64,000 nt of DNA. Origin: Promethearchaeota archaeon (GTDB taxonomy: Archaea > Asgardarchaeota > Lokiarchaeia > Sigyniarchaeales > SOKP01). Position 1 is the stretch's first letter, and each line of letters begins with the position of its first letter. A program made the position numbers and the translations under genes. Under the pieces are notes generated by a model, which was given only the letters and a program-made list of their open reading frames with translations, had not been told where the DNA came from and ran no database searches. The stretch is from assembly GCA_048938005.1 (NCBI GenBank), contig JBHLMQ010000013.1, positions 15,543 through 79,542 on the forward strand, written 5' to 3'. Positions 40,329-49,371 of the stretch are shown one piece after another.

Positions 40329-40913
40329 CTATTTTCCACGACCTTTATTTGCTCTAATACTTGGTCGTGTTTTTTCTGAACCCCATCCTTTCTTATGTAA
40401 TCCTCGAGCTCTTTTTCCCGCAGAAGTAAGACCACGAGTAACTCTTTTCGAGTGTTGAGGTTTAGTCATCCAATTAATTTTAGGATCGGATTTAATGACC
40501 GGGTGGTTTGGATCTACTAATAATACTTCATAGTACCAGTGTCTACCATCAGAATAAACTTTATAGCTATTTAGAACCTGCATGTTTGGATACTTTCTTT
40601 GAACACGTTCTTCCGCAATCCATTGAAGGTTCTTTCCTGTTGTATATTTGGAAACACCCATTGCTCTCGGTTTTCTGCCTCGTTTCGGACGTGTTTTATG
40701 CATTCCTCCTTTTCTTATTCTAGCTCTCACTATTATATATCCTTGTTTTGCTTTATACCCTAAAGTTCTTGCTCGATGAAGTTTGGTTGGTTTTTCAACT
40801 CTTTGGATTGATCTACCCTTTCGGTATTCAATTCCACGTTGCCAATGTGGTGTTTGATAGCCTTTTTCGTGTTTTTCAAAAGTCTCTTTCACATGACTAT
40901 ATCCTGACTTCAA
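40329..40913 (-). CDS. rpl15e: 50S ribosomal protein L15e
   Basis: [29 protein letters not shown]. Confidence 0.97.
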   Translation of the reverse strand: MKSGYSHVKETFEKHEKGYQTPHWQRGIEYRKGRSIQRVEKPTKLHRARTLGYKAKQGYIIVRARIRKGGMHKTRPKRGRKPRAMGVSKYTTGKNLQWIAEERVQRKYPNMQVLNSYKVYSDGRHWYYEVLLVDPNHPVIKSDPKINWMTKPQHSKRVTRGLTSAGKRARGLHKKGWGSEKTRPSIRANKGRGK

Positions 40914-41112
40914 TTTATCCTAGCACATCCTTGAATTAATATTTATTAAAAATAAGCATATTTTATTATTTTTATGGTTATTCAATTTTTACATTGAAAT
41001 CCTAAATTCTTTTGGTAATTCAGAGTTAACATAATTGTCTTTTAATTAAATACCTGTTTAAGTAAATCACTTGTTCTCTTTAAATAGTTAAAATCAAAAA
41101 TTAAAGTGTACT

Positions 41113-42339
41113 ATGTTTAAATCAAAAAAGATTGAATCAAAATCGTATTTTAAGATAAATTATGTTTCTTTTGTATTCATTTATTTGGTATATTCATCCA
41201 TTTTTGTTTTTCTTAATAATTACTTCCCAATTCTTTTTTTTGATGTATTAAATATTAATCGATTTATGTTAGCGTTTATGCAATTTTTAGCTTACTCTCT
41301 TCTATTATTTCGCCCTATGTTTGCTGCAATAACAGATAAATATAGAATCAATGGTTATCAACGGAAATATTATATTATACTTTCAGGATATTCTTTAGCT
41401 CTTATCTATATCTTAATGGGTCTTTTTGTTACTAATATTTTTGTTTTTGGAGTTTTTTTATTCTTAATTTTTATTTCTAGTACAATGTTAGATGTTTCTA
41501 CAAAATCGTTAGTTATAGATATTTCACCAACTAATGAAATGAAAAAACGTTATATTTTTTATATGTTTGTTGGCGAAGCTTTAGGAAAATTTTTTCCTTT
41601 CTTTCTATATTTTCTTTTACTCAGGGACGTTTATTCATTAAGCTCTTGGGAAAATTTTATTATTTGTAGCTACCTTTTTTTAATACCTTTATTAAGCATC
41701 TTACCATTTATTAGGGAAATTAATCAAGATAAACCTCAAGTAATTGAAAACTCTGAAAATTTTATTATATCTAGTAGTAAAGATGTAAATTTTTCTCCAT
41801 TTTCTAAGCTTACTTTTATCTTATTTTGTGTTTTTGTATTTTTTGCTTTTAGTGACGGAATTTTTGCATATTCTTTTTTCCCATTTTTATTGAATAAATT
41901 TGGACCTGATAAATTTAACCTTTTTAACTTTTTTTTACTTTTTTACTTTCTATTAAGTATCTCGAGTAGTGCAATCGGGAGTTTTCTTATAAAAAGAACA
42001 GAACCTAAAAAAATTATATTAATTTTAATCCCAGTGGTAGGAATTATATATACGATGTATACCGTTGTCCCTTTTACATTTTTTACCATATTATATTTTA
42101 TTGGATGCTCTTTAGCGACAATTACTAATCTTAATATTTCAGCTTATATGATGAAATTTAAAAAAGGAAATAAATCCATCTACTTTCATCTTATTGCATC
42201 CTTCAGACAGCTTTCAATCTTCATTTTTCTTCCATTAGGAACATTACTTTCCAGCTTCATCACCACAGAATATCTTATTATCATTGGAGCTATTTTACTT
42301 AATGTATCTCTAATTCCTTTGATAATTATAAAACCTTGA
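41113..42339 (+). CDS. MFS transporter (AmpG/BT1-like)
   Basis: About 12 TM segments; RPMFAAITDKY...RK, LDVSTKSLVID. Confidence 0.8.
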   Translation: MFKSKKIESKSYFKINYVSFVFIYLVYSSIFVFLNNYFPILFFDVLNINRFMLAFMQFLAYSLLLFRPMFAAITDKYRINGYQRKYYIILSGYSLALIYILMGLFVTNIFVFGVFLFLIFISSTMLDVSTKSLVIDISPTNEMKKRYIFYMFVGEALGKFFPFFLYFLLLRDVYSLSSWENFIICSYLFLIPLLSILPFIREINQDKPQVIENSENFIISSSKDVNFSPFSKLTFILFCVFVFFAFSDGIFAYSFFPFLLNKFGPDKFNLFNFFLLFYFLLSISSSAIGSFLIKRTEPKKIILILIPVVGIIYTMYTVVPFTFFTILYFIGCSLATITNLNISAYMMKFKKGNKSIYFHLIASFRQLSIFIFLPLGTLLSSFITTEYLIIIGAILLNVSLIPLIIIKP

Positions 42340-42370
42340 CACTTATATCATTTTTTTAGAAATAAAAAGA

Positions 42371-44014
42371 TTAAGGATATATTTCTCCATGTTTCCAATA
42401 TTGAGGAATAAATAAATCAAAATCCTTTTCCCCATTTCTATACAAATGAGCAAATTTAAAATATCCTTCTCTCATAATCTTGAAATCACCTTTATCAAAG
42501 AAAGGTGTTTTGTTTTTTATTTGATCCGAAACATATTTTTTTACCCATGCATAATTCAAACTTAATGATTCAAGAAAGTCCAATTCTTTACTAGGTTTTA
42601 CTATCTTATTATAAACTCGATGATCATCGAGTGGTTTTCTCCACCACTTGTCATAGTAGATTTTACCTCCATACTTCACTTCACATTCATTATATATTAT
42701 ATTGGGGGGTATTGCTTTATAATACCTAATATCCATTATTATTTTGTATTGTTCGCTTAAAGATTTGCCACCAAATCTTTTTCCAATAAAAAAATCTCGA
42801 TTATCTTTTATAGTTTGTCGTGTTTCACTTGGAAGCCCGATAATTAAAAAAATCCAAATATTTGTATTTATTTCATTTGAAAATATTATTAGATCTTCCA
42901 TCTTTTTTATATATTTTTCATAATCAGCATCATTCTTGGAATTTAATTTATTTAAGTTTTTAAGCATCGAAATTGAGGCAGACTCAAATCCAAAATATGG
43001 TTCAATATCTAGATCTCTGTAATATAAAAGGTCCATTTTTGAACATACATCGACTCTATCATATACAATTATTTTATAAGGAAATCCTCTTTCACTATTT
43101 TTTAAGATTCTTAATTCTTTAAAAAAACTTTCTCTAACACTTTTTCTTGGGAAAAAAATCGGATCACTGATAGTAATCCCATTTGGATTGAGCCAATTGG
43201 TTTCTCTGATGATTTTTAATTCTTCAATACATTTATCAATCGCTCTCCATCTATAATTTTTGTGAAAAACTGGGTATTTTCCAGAAAGACAAAGTTTACA
43301 ATGAAAGACACAACCCCGCCCAAAATCAATATTTAATCTCAAATTTTTAAGTTTATCTTTATATCGCTTCATGAGGGAAAAATCGATGAGGGGTAAATCG
43401 TTTAAACAAGGAAAGAAGCCACCTTCTATGATATGGGGTTTCATTTTGTTTTTACGATCAATTTTCAGATTGTTATTTAGAAGGTGTTTGAGTAAGTTGA
43501 AAAAAGCCAATTCTCCTTCTCCTTTTACTAAATAATCAAACGGAATAACTTTTTCAGGGAATTTTTTAACAATAAATGAAGGTATTTTTTCATCGCGGAA
43601 CTCTTCTGGAAAGAATGTGGGGTGATAGCCTCCTACAGTGATTACACATTTAGGGTTTATTAGAGATTTTATTAGATACGCAATTAAAACTGAATTTAAG
43701 TATTCATAGGAAGAATAACATGAGAGAGCTATAATATTAAAAGCAAAATTATCATATAAATTAGAAAAGAAAGCCTCCAGTTCCCTTTTATATTCATCTA
43801 AATTTTTAAATTCAAATGATGGTAATCCTTCCAATCGTAAATCAATAAGAATTTCTTCAAATTCGAAGGGTATCTCTTCCTTTCTCGAATTTATATAATT
43901 AGAGATCCGTAAAAAGTAAGTATAAAATGCTTTATGAGAATGGACTAATTCTTGAGGAAAAAGATACATAATTCTGAATTTTTCTTTATTATTATATAAT
44001 CGTTCTATTTTCAT
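42371..44014 (-). CDS. Cobalamin-dependent radical SAM protein
   Basis: B12-binding domain (IALSCYSS, VGGYHPT, DYLVKGEGE), GRGCVFHCKLC, GFESAS, IIGLPSET. Confidence 0.9.
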   Translation of the reverse strand: MKIERLYNNKEKFRIMYLFPQELVHSHKAFYTYFLRISNYINSRKEEIPFEFEEILIDLRLEGLPSFEFKNLDEYKRELEAFFSNLYDNFAFNIIALSCYSSYEYLNSVLIAYLIKSLINPKCVITVGGYHPTFFPEEFRDEKIPSFIVKKFPEKVIPFDYLVKGEGELAFFNLLKHLLNNNLKIDRKNKMKPHIIEGGFFPCLNDLPLIDFSLMKRYKDKLKNLRLNIDFGRGCVFHCKLCLSGKYPVFHKNYRWRAIDKCIEELKIIRETNWLNPNGITISDPIFFPRKSVRESFFKELRILKNSERGFPYKIIVYDRVDVCSKMDLLYYRDLDIEPYFGFESASISMLKNLNKLNSKNDADYEKYIKKMEDLIIFSNEINTNIWIFLIIGLPSETRQTIKDNRDFFIGKRFGGKSLSEQYKIIMDIRYYKAIPPNIIYNECEVKYGGKIYYDKWWRKPLDDHRVYNKIVKPSKELDFLESLSLNYAWVKKYVSDQIKNKTPFFDKGDFKIMREGYFKFAHLYRNGEKDFDLFIPQYWKHGEIYP

Positions 44015-44314
44015 TCTTTCTTATTTTGTTATTTCTGGTTTGAGTAAAATTCGAATTTATTTTAATGTGTAATTTATTTTCTTTACTTTTCTTTTTAAAC
44101 AGCCATAATTTCCACTATTTAAATTATTTTCTTTAAAAATCTATTAATTAAACAAACGATTTATTAAAATAATCAAGATCAATAATAGGGAAAATGCTAA
44201 ATGAATTTACTGCTATTAGTGGTGGATTCTAAACAGAAATAAATGTTTGAAATTAAGAGCAGTTGAAAAATAAGAAAATAAAATAAGAGAATCTATAAAT
44301 GATTCTGAAGCCAA

Positions 44315-44344
44315 TTAACCTCCAATTTCTCCACTATATGGCAT
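44315..44344 (-). CDS. Candidate mini-peptide MPYSGEIGG
   Basis: ATG CCA TAT AGT GGA GAA ATT GGA GGT TAA; TTTAAAAA ends 21 nt upstream; T-rich tract downstream. Confidence 0.5.
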   Translation of the reverse strand: MPYSGEIGG

Positions 44345-44453
44345 ACTATGTATTCTTCATTCAAATTTTTAAAGTAAACCAAAAAAAATTACAAATAAAT
44401 TAAAAAATAGAAACATATCTTATCATAGAATAAAGAATTAAAAGTTATTTTAT

Positions 44454-44522
44454 ATATTAGGATATACTTTTTACGAAACTTTAGAGGATTTATCTAAGGG
44501 AAAAGAATTAAACCAAATATAA
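44454..44522 (+). pseudogene. Truncated duplicate of the 5' end of the 1211-aa gene
   Basis: ILGYTFYETLEDLSKGKELNQI* versus MLGYIVYETLEDLSRGKGLSQIQ. Confidence 0.8.
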
Positions 44523-44677
44523 AACATTAAGAATATCAAGATTGTTAATATGTAAATTTCTGGACGCGTCTGCTGCTATAAGTATTGGATTGTAAATAAA
44601 AGTAAACATTTGAATTTAAGAAAAGTTGAAAAATAAGAGAATAAAATAGGAGAATCCATAAATGATTCTAAACCTAA

Positions 44678-44707
44678 TTAACTACCTATTTCTCCAGTTA
44701 ATGGCAT
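44678..44707 (-). CDS. Candidate mini-peptide MPLTGEIGS
   Basis: ATG CCA TTA ACT GGA GAA ATA GGT AGT TAA; same start, stop and length as copy 1, with synonymous changes at Ile and Gly. Confidence 0.5.
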   Translation of the reverse strand: MPLTGEIGS

Positions 44708-44815
44708 ACCATATATTCTTCATTCAAATTTTTAAAGTAAACAAAAAAAAATTCCAAATAAATTAAAAAATATAAAAATATCTAATCATAAAATAAAGAA
44801 TTAAAAATTTTTTTT

Positions 44816-47800
44816 ATGTTAGGATACATTGTTTATGAAACTTTAGAAGATTTATCCAGAGGAAAAGGATTAAGCCAAATACAAAATGTTTTCAACATTT
44901 TAAATTCTGAATTAGCTGATTATCTTAAACTACAGCCCCTATATCAAGAGATAATTATAAAATTACTTAATAAAGGAGGTTTTAAAAAAGGAGCAAACGT
45001 ATCCATCCTTGATTTTGGAGTTAAGAGAATTGTTAAAAATAATAAATTAATGTTAGAAATAAATGAAAATTATAAAAAATTTTTACCCTTTATTTTGTTT
45101 AGAGAAGCATGTTATTCCTTCATTCCTAAAGACGTGAGTGACCTTGTTAAAATATGTATTAACCAAATTGTAGAAAATAATCTCATTAGATTATCAACCT
45201 CTAAAGATTGGAAGAAATTAATAAGAGATTCTTTAGTAGACAGGATGTTTATTCACTCTCAGTTCGATAAATTACAAAAATTTTTCAATATTGAGGCAAA
45301 AGAACCGTTAGAGAGCTCAACTCAATTTTTTTTTAATGAAATGAGAGAAAATAGATTATTGAGCCAAAATGATAATATTGATAAGTTTTATGATATAATT
45401 TATGAAAGATTTACCTATAAAACATCTAGATCTTTATTTAATTCAGATATTATAGAAACATTAAGAATAATGATCCACCTTTTTTACAAAACCAAATCAT
45501 ATTTAAATTTATCAGATTATCAATCCCTATTCAAAAAATTCAAGGAAAATAAACAGATAGATACAGATTTAAGTTTGAGAAAATTTGCCGAAAATATGCA
45601 ATGGATTAATAAATGTTCTTCCATTGCGCCTTCCTATGATATTGATTATGGGGTTATTGACCTTTGTGTAATTATAGGTATTATAAAATTTAATCCTCTT
45701 TTAGAGAAAAATAAAATCAAAATTTTAATTGAAGAATGGCCATTTTACCATTCTCTAAAATTCTCAGAAAATAGTCTCGCAACAGAAGTTTTTTTATATT
45801 TTAATGTTCCTAGAATATACTTAAATGATTTATTAAATTATTTTGGTAGATTAGAAGAATATGGTTATATAATTAGAAAGGAATTATATCAGGAATTTAA
45901 AAAAACCTCTCCTATAAATCTAAATTATTTTAAAGATATCGCCAATGTAAGAAGAATTATTTATCCCAATAATATTAGTTATGAGGAAAAGTATGAGATT
46001 GAATCTAACATAAAATATTCTACGATTTCTCACCCTCCTCCCCTATCCATTTTTGATTTCATAATTCTAGATCGTGTAAGAAATCTATCAGTTACGGGTC
46101 TAACCTTTGATAAAAGAATAGAAACGCTAAATTCTATAAAAGAGGATGTCGAAAATGAATTACGAAAACAAAGAGTTTTTAATGAAGAGTTTAAGGTTAG
46201 TTTAGATAAAATATTAAATTCATCTAAATTAAAACACCAATTCTTACAGTTTATAGAGAAAAATAAGAACAAAGGATTTTTATATTCATATTTTCAACTG
46301 AGCCATACTTTAAATTACATAGATTTAATTAGAAACATTTTAAATGATCATCCTGAAATAACAAATAGCCATCTACTCCAGACATTCCTAAATACAAAAG
46401 CAATCTCTCAAATTATCGAAGAACAATTACTTATTCGAAATAAAAATATAAAAAAAAGTATATTTCGAAATTTTATTTCGCTGTATTTTCAATCCATAAG
46501 CTTATTTAAAGAAAAAATAGGAAAAATTCAAGCCTTTTACAATGTATTAGATGCTTGTAATAACCTTAAAATTTTAGATTTGATTAATATAAAAAAAATC
46601 GTAAGTAATTCCAATTTAGTTGAAGAAATTTATCGAAAAAGAGAAGAAAGATATGAGGATATATTCAAATCCGTAACCTTATATAAAATCACAAACGAAA
46701 AGATTGAATCCACCATTGAAACGTTTCTAAATTGTAATCCTCCTTTATTGAACCCCCTTTTAATAAATACAATAATAACAAGCACATTTGCTAAATATTA
46801 TCCCGAATTAATATTAAAAGACACACCTAAGGCTTATGATGGCCTAAAGAAACTGAAATTATATTTTCCAAGAATATTTATCTTTAAAACAACAGAATTA
46901 TATACTAAAAGAAATTTTATTTGTATTGAAACCTACTTTATAAATATAAAAGAAAAAGGATTATTTTTATCTATTTTATGTACTTATTTTAAAGATTCGA
47001 TCATTAAAATAACACGTTATTTTTGGAGGGGGGTTAGGAGAAGATGGAAACTTGATCCAAAAGAGTTTTATGATTATGAAAATCAACAATTTTTCTATTC
47101 AAAAGACTTATTTGAACAACTCCAAATATATACTCCGAAAATTCTTGGAGAAAAATTAGAGTTGCCTAAATATCCATTGAATGATAATGTACCAGAAATT
47201 TTTTGGTCAGGAAAAGAGAATATGGAAAACTTGGTAGCTACTGTAAAGAACAGAATCTCGCGTCAAGATATTGATTTTAACGTACAAAAATTAGGTAATT
47301 TGCTAGAATTTATAAGAAATTTAGAAACAAATTTATTAGATCGTACTAAATTTATTGATGTTAAAGTTAAAAAATATTTTAAGAGATATGTAAATTCGAT
47401 AAAATTTATTCCAGCTTTTCAGAAATTTGGCTTATCCCCGTATTGTTTATATTTTCGTCCATTTGATTATAAATATGTCGATTTCAGGCTTCTGTTTATA
47501 AATACTTTTAGGGTTATTAAATATCCTGCTTGTGTTGAGACTAACACACCAATTTTTTGTGAGTTTATATTTCCCTTCAGGACTCCTAATAAAACTTATT
47601 TAAATTGGCTTGTAAAATCAAAAAAAAATGTTTTTGAGTATTGTCTTTTCTATAAAAAGAAATTTTATGAGGTTATTCACTTTAATCGCAATTTAACAAA
47701 AGAAGGTTGGAGCTATTCATCAATTAGATTTAAATCATACATGCAAGATGTGTTATTCAATCCTTCATATAATCCAAAGATTTCCAAAATAAGAGAATTT

Positions 47801-48451
47801 GATATGAATGAAAAGTATGACCTTAATATTTATGGACCAAAAACTCAAGAATATGAATCTTTAACTCAATTATATAATACCCATGCTATCGATATCAAAT
47901 CATACTTAGGAACAAAAAGATATTCCATTATTAACAATATTACTGATCTCCTTCAAAAGAAATTAATTTTCCCTTATCTATCATTAAAAAATTTAGATTT
48001 TCAAGAGAAAATTTCAATAATTTTACCCAATATTAAACAGGATTTAAATGATAAGATTATAAGGATATTTAGTTTTTTCAATATGTGTCGAATATATGAA
48101 ATCGAAGGGGAATTCTTTATTTATGGTTTTGAAGATGTGAAATCATTTGAAAACGGGCTTTTAATCGAAATTTGGCTGCCTAAATGCGAATTGGATGAAT
48201 TTATTGAAGTTTTTGATTTGTTATTTCAATATTTTAATGTGAAACATCGCCTAATCTTAAGTGATATAGTTAATGGAAATACCTTACTCAAGTCAATTTA
48301 CGGAAATTTAGACTTTCTAAATTCATATAACCCACTATTAAATCTAAAATGGAATGAAAAAGATAAGATCTGGATGAATCATAAGCTTTTTAATGAAAAA
48401 TTCGAACCAATTTACCCAGATTTAATTCCTAACAAAATAAATCAAGTTTAA
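44816..48451 (+). CDS. Large hypothetical protein (1211 aa), possibly with repeated wHTH/AsnC(RAM)-like modules
   Basis: Long soluble ORF; segments such as PSYDIDYGVIDL, FIPAFQKFGL and ITDLLQKKLIFPYL resemble Lrp/AsnC linker and HTH parts (weak). Confidence 0.75.
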   Translation: MLGYIVYETLEDLSRGKGLSQIQNVFNILNSELADYLKLQPLYQEIIIKLLNKGGFKKGANVSILDFGVKRIVKNNKLMLEINENYKKFLPFILFREACYSFIPKDVSDLVKICINQIVENNLIRLSTSKDWKKLIRDSLVDRMFIHSQFDKLQKFFNIEAKEPLESSTQFFFNEMRENRLLSQNDNIDKFYDIIYERFTYKTSRSLFNSDIIETLRIMIHLFYKTKSYLNLSDYQSLFKKFKENKQIDTDLSLRKFAENMQWINKCSSIAPSYDIDYGVIDLCVIIGIIKFNPLLEKNKIKILIEEWPFYHSLKFSENSLATEVFLYFNVPRIYLNDLLNYFGRLEEYGYIIRKELYQEFKKTSPINLNYFKDIANVRRIIYPNNISYEEKYEIESNIKYSTISHPPPLSIFDFIILDRVRNLSVTGLTFDKRIETLNSIKEDVENELRKQRVFNEEFKVSLDKILNSSKLKHQFLQFIEKNKNKGFLYSYFQLSHTLNYIDLIRNILNDHPEITNSHLLQTFLNTKAISQIIEEQLLIRNKNIKKSIFRNFISLYFQSISLFKEKIGKIQAFYNVLDACNNLKILDLINIKKIVSNSNLVEEIYRKREERYEDIFKSVTLYKITNEKIESTIETFLNCNPPLLNPLLINTIITSTFAKYYPELILKDTPKAYDGLKKLKLYFPRIFIFKTTELYTKRNFICIETYFINIKEKGLFLSILCTYFKDSIIKITRYFWRGVRRRWKLDPKEFYDYENQQFFYSKDLFEQLQIYTPKILGEKLELPKYPLNDNVPEIFWSGKENMENLVATVKNRISRQDIDFNVQKLGNLLEFIRNLETNLLDRTKFIDVKVKKYFKRYVNSIKFIPAFQKFGLSPYCLYFRPFDYKYVDFRLLFINTFRVIKYPACVETNTPIFCEFIFPFRTPNKTYLNWLVKSKKNVFEYCLFYKKKFYEVIHFNRNLTKEGWSYSSIRFKSYMQDVLFNPSYNPKISKIREFDMNEKYDLNIYGPKTQEYESLTQLYNTHAIDIKSYLGTKRYSIINNITDLLQKKLIFPYLSLKNLDFQEKISIILPNIKQDLNDKIIRIFSFFNMCRIYEIEGEFFIYGFEDVKSFENGLLIEIWLPKCELDEFIEVFDLLFQYFNVKHRLILSDIVNGNTLLKSIYGNLDFLNSYNPLLNLKWNEKDKIWMNHKLFNEKFEPIYPDLIPNKINQV

Positions 48452-48514
48452 AAATATAAAATCGAATAAAATTTAATATATTTTAAAGATCTAATTGCGA
48501 GAGTTATTGAATAT

Positions 48515-49000
48515 ATGGGAAAAAATAAAAAAGAAGAAGAACCAACCAAAAAAATCAAAGTTGAGGATAAGGAAGGGCTAACGCTATCTTATGATAAGGG
48601 AGAATTAAATGACCATTTCCCGCACTTGATAAAGGAAATGTCTGAAAAAGAGAAATCAATTAAGATAAAATCTATTGAAAATGAAGTTGAGCAAATAAAT
48701 GATGAGAAACCACAGGAATCCAAGAATTTATATCCAAATGAATTATATTCTCCTAGAGCGATTGATTTTATTAGAAGATGTGCAAAAGAAGAGGAGGCAA
48801 TTGATATTTTGGATTATTTATTGAAAAGGAATGAAATTTCTCAAGAAGATTATAATTCTTACAGAAATATCATTTCAAAAGAAGGAGGTTTGAAGAAACT
48901 TATTAATGAAAGCGGTGGACCAAAAAAACCGGGCTACTATTTGGAAAAATATTATTTTAAGGACAATAAAAATCAAAAATTAAATAGTAATGAGGATTAG
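48515..49000 (+). CDS. DUF2095 family protein
   Basis: FPHLIKE...P.AIDFIRRC...EEAIDILDYL.KR.EI...GYY. Confidence 0.8.
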   Translation: MGKNKKEEEPTKKIKVEDKEGLTLSYDKGELNDHFPHLIKEMSEKEKSIKIKSIENEVEQINDEKPQESKNLYPNELYSPRAIDFIRRCAKEEEAIDILDYLLKRNEISQEDYNSYRNIISKEGGLKKLINESGGPKKPGYYLEKYYFKDNKNQKLNSNED

Positions 49001-49007
49001 TATCATT

Positions 49008-49082
49008 TGACAAATGATGACCTTATGACAAAGTTAGCTGCTTGCTCTGTAGCGATGACGTTGTCGCCCCAAACTGATGTCA
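49008..49082 (+). ncRNA. C/D box guide sRNA
   Basis: Terminal stem TGACA/TGTCA, box C ATGATGA 49014-49020, C' CGATGA 49053-49058, box D CTGA 49074-49077; GC-richer than the flanks. Confidence 0.8.
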
Positions 49083-49096
49083 TCCCTTATTAAAAA

Positions 49097-49345
49097 TTAT
49101 TCCTCTAATCCTTTTCGAAAATGAACTCCTTTGTCTGTTAAAAAGTACTCATTATTGTTTTTTGATATAAGCCCTAATTCGAGTAAAACTGGAATTCTAC
49201 CATTTATACAGGATAATGGCAACCCAGAAAACAATTTAATAGTTTCATAATTTCTTGCGCCTTTATCGATTGCTACAAGAATTTCAATTCCCATATAACC
49301 TAAAAGGTTTTTTAACTCTTCTTGAGTTTCTTTTTCTTTAGTCAT
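49097..49345 (-). CDS. Small winged-helix protein
   Basis: EIL...GLP...RI..L.ELGLI....YFLTDKG. Confidence 0.7.
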   Translation of the reverse strand: MTKEKETQEELKNLLGYMGIEILVAIDKGARNYETIKLFSGLPLSCINGRIPVLLELGLISKNNNEYFLTDKGVHFRKGLEE

Positions 49346-49371
49346 TATTAATCGTTTGAATAAGTAATATT

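Larger units (their letters stand above)
44211..44885. repeat. Diverged tandem duplication, period ~362-363 bp (copy 1 ~44211-44523, copy 2 ~44574-44885)
   Basis: Aligned blocks AGTTGAAAAATAAGA, ATAAATGATTCT, ATTTCTCCA, ATGGCATAC, TATTCTTCATTCAAATTTTTAAAGTAAAC and GAAACTTTAGA at a near-constant offset. Confidence 0.92.

Noticed and set aside
44045-44130. Third mini-peptide copy (SGNYG) near the radical SAM start
   Set aside because: No in-frame ATG, no matching stop position and no flanking repeat similarity.
44211-44885. Duplication as a CRISPR array, IS ends or MITE
   Set aside because: Only two long diverged direct copies; no terminal inverted repeats, target-site duplication or transposase seen.
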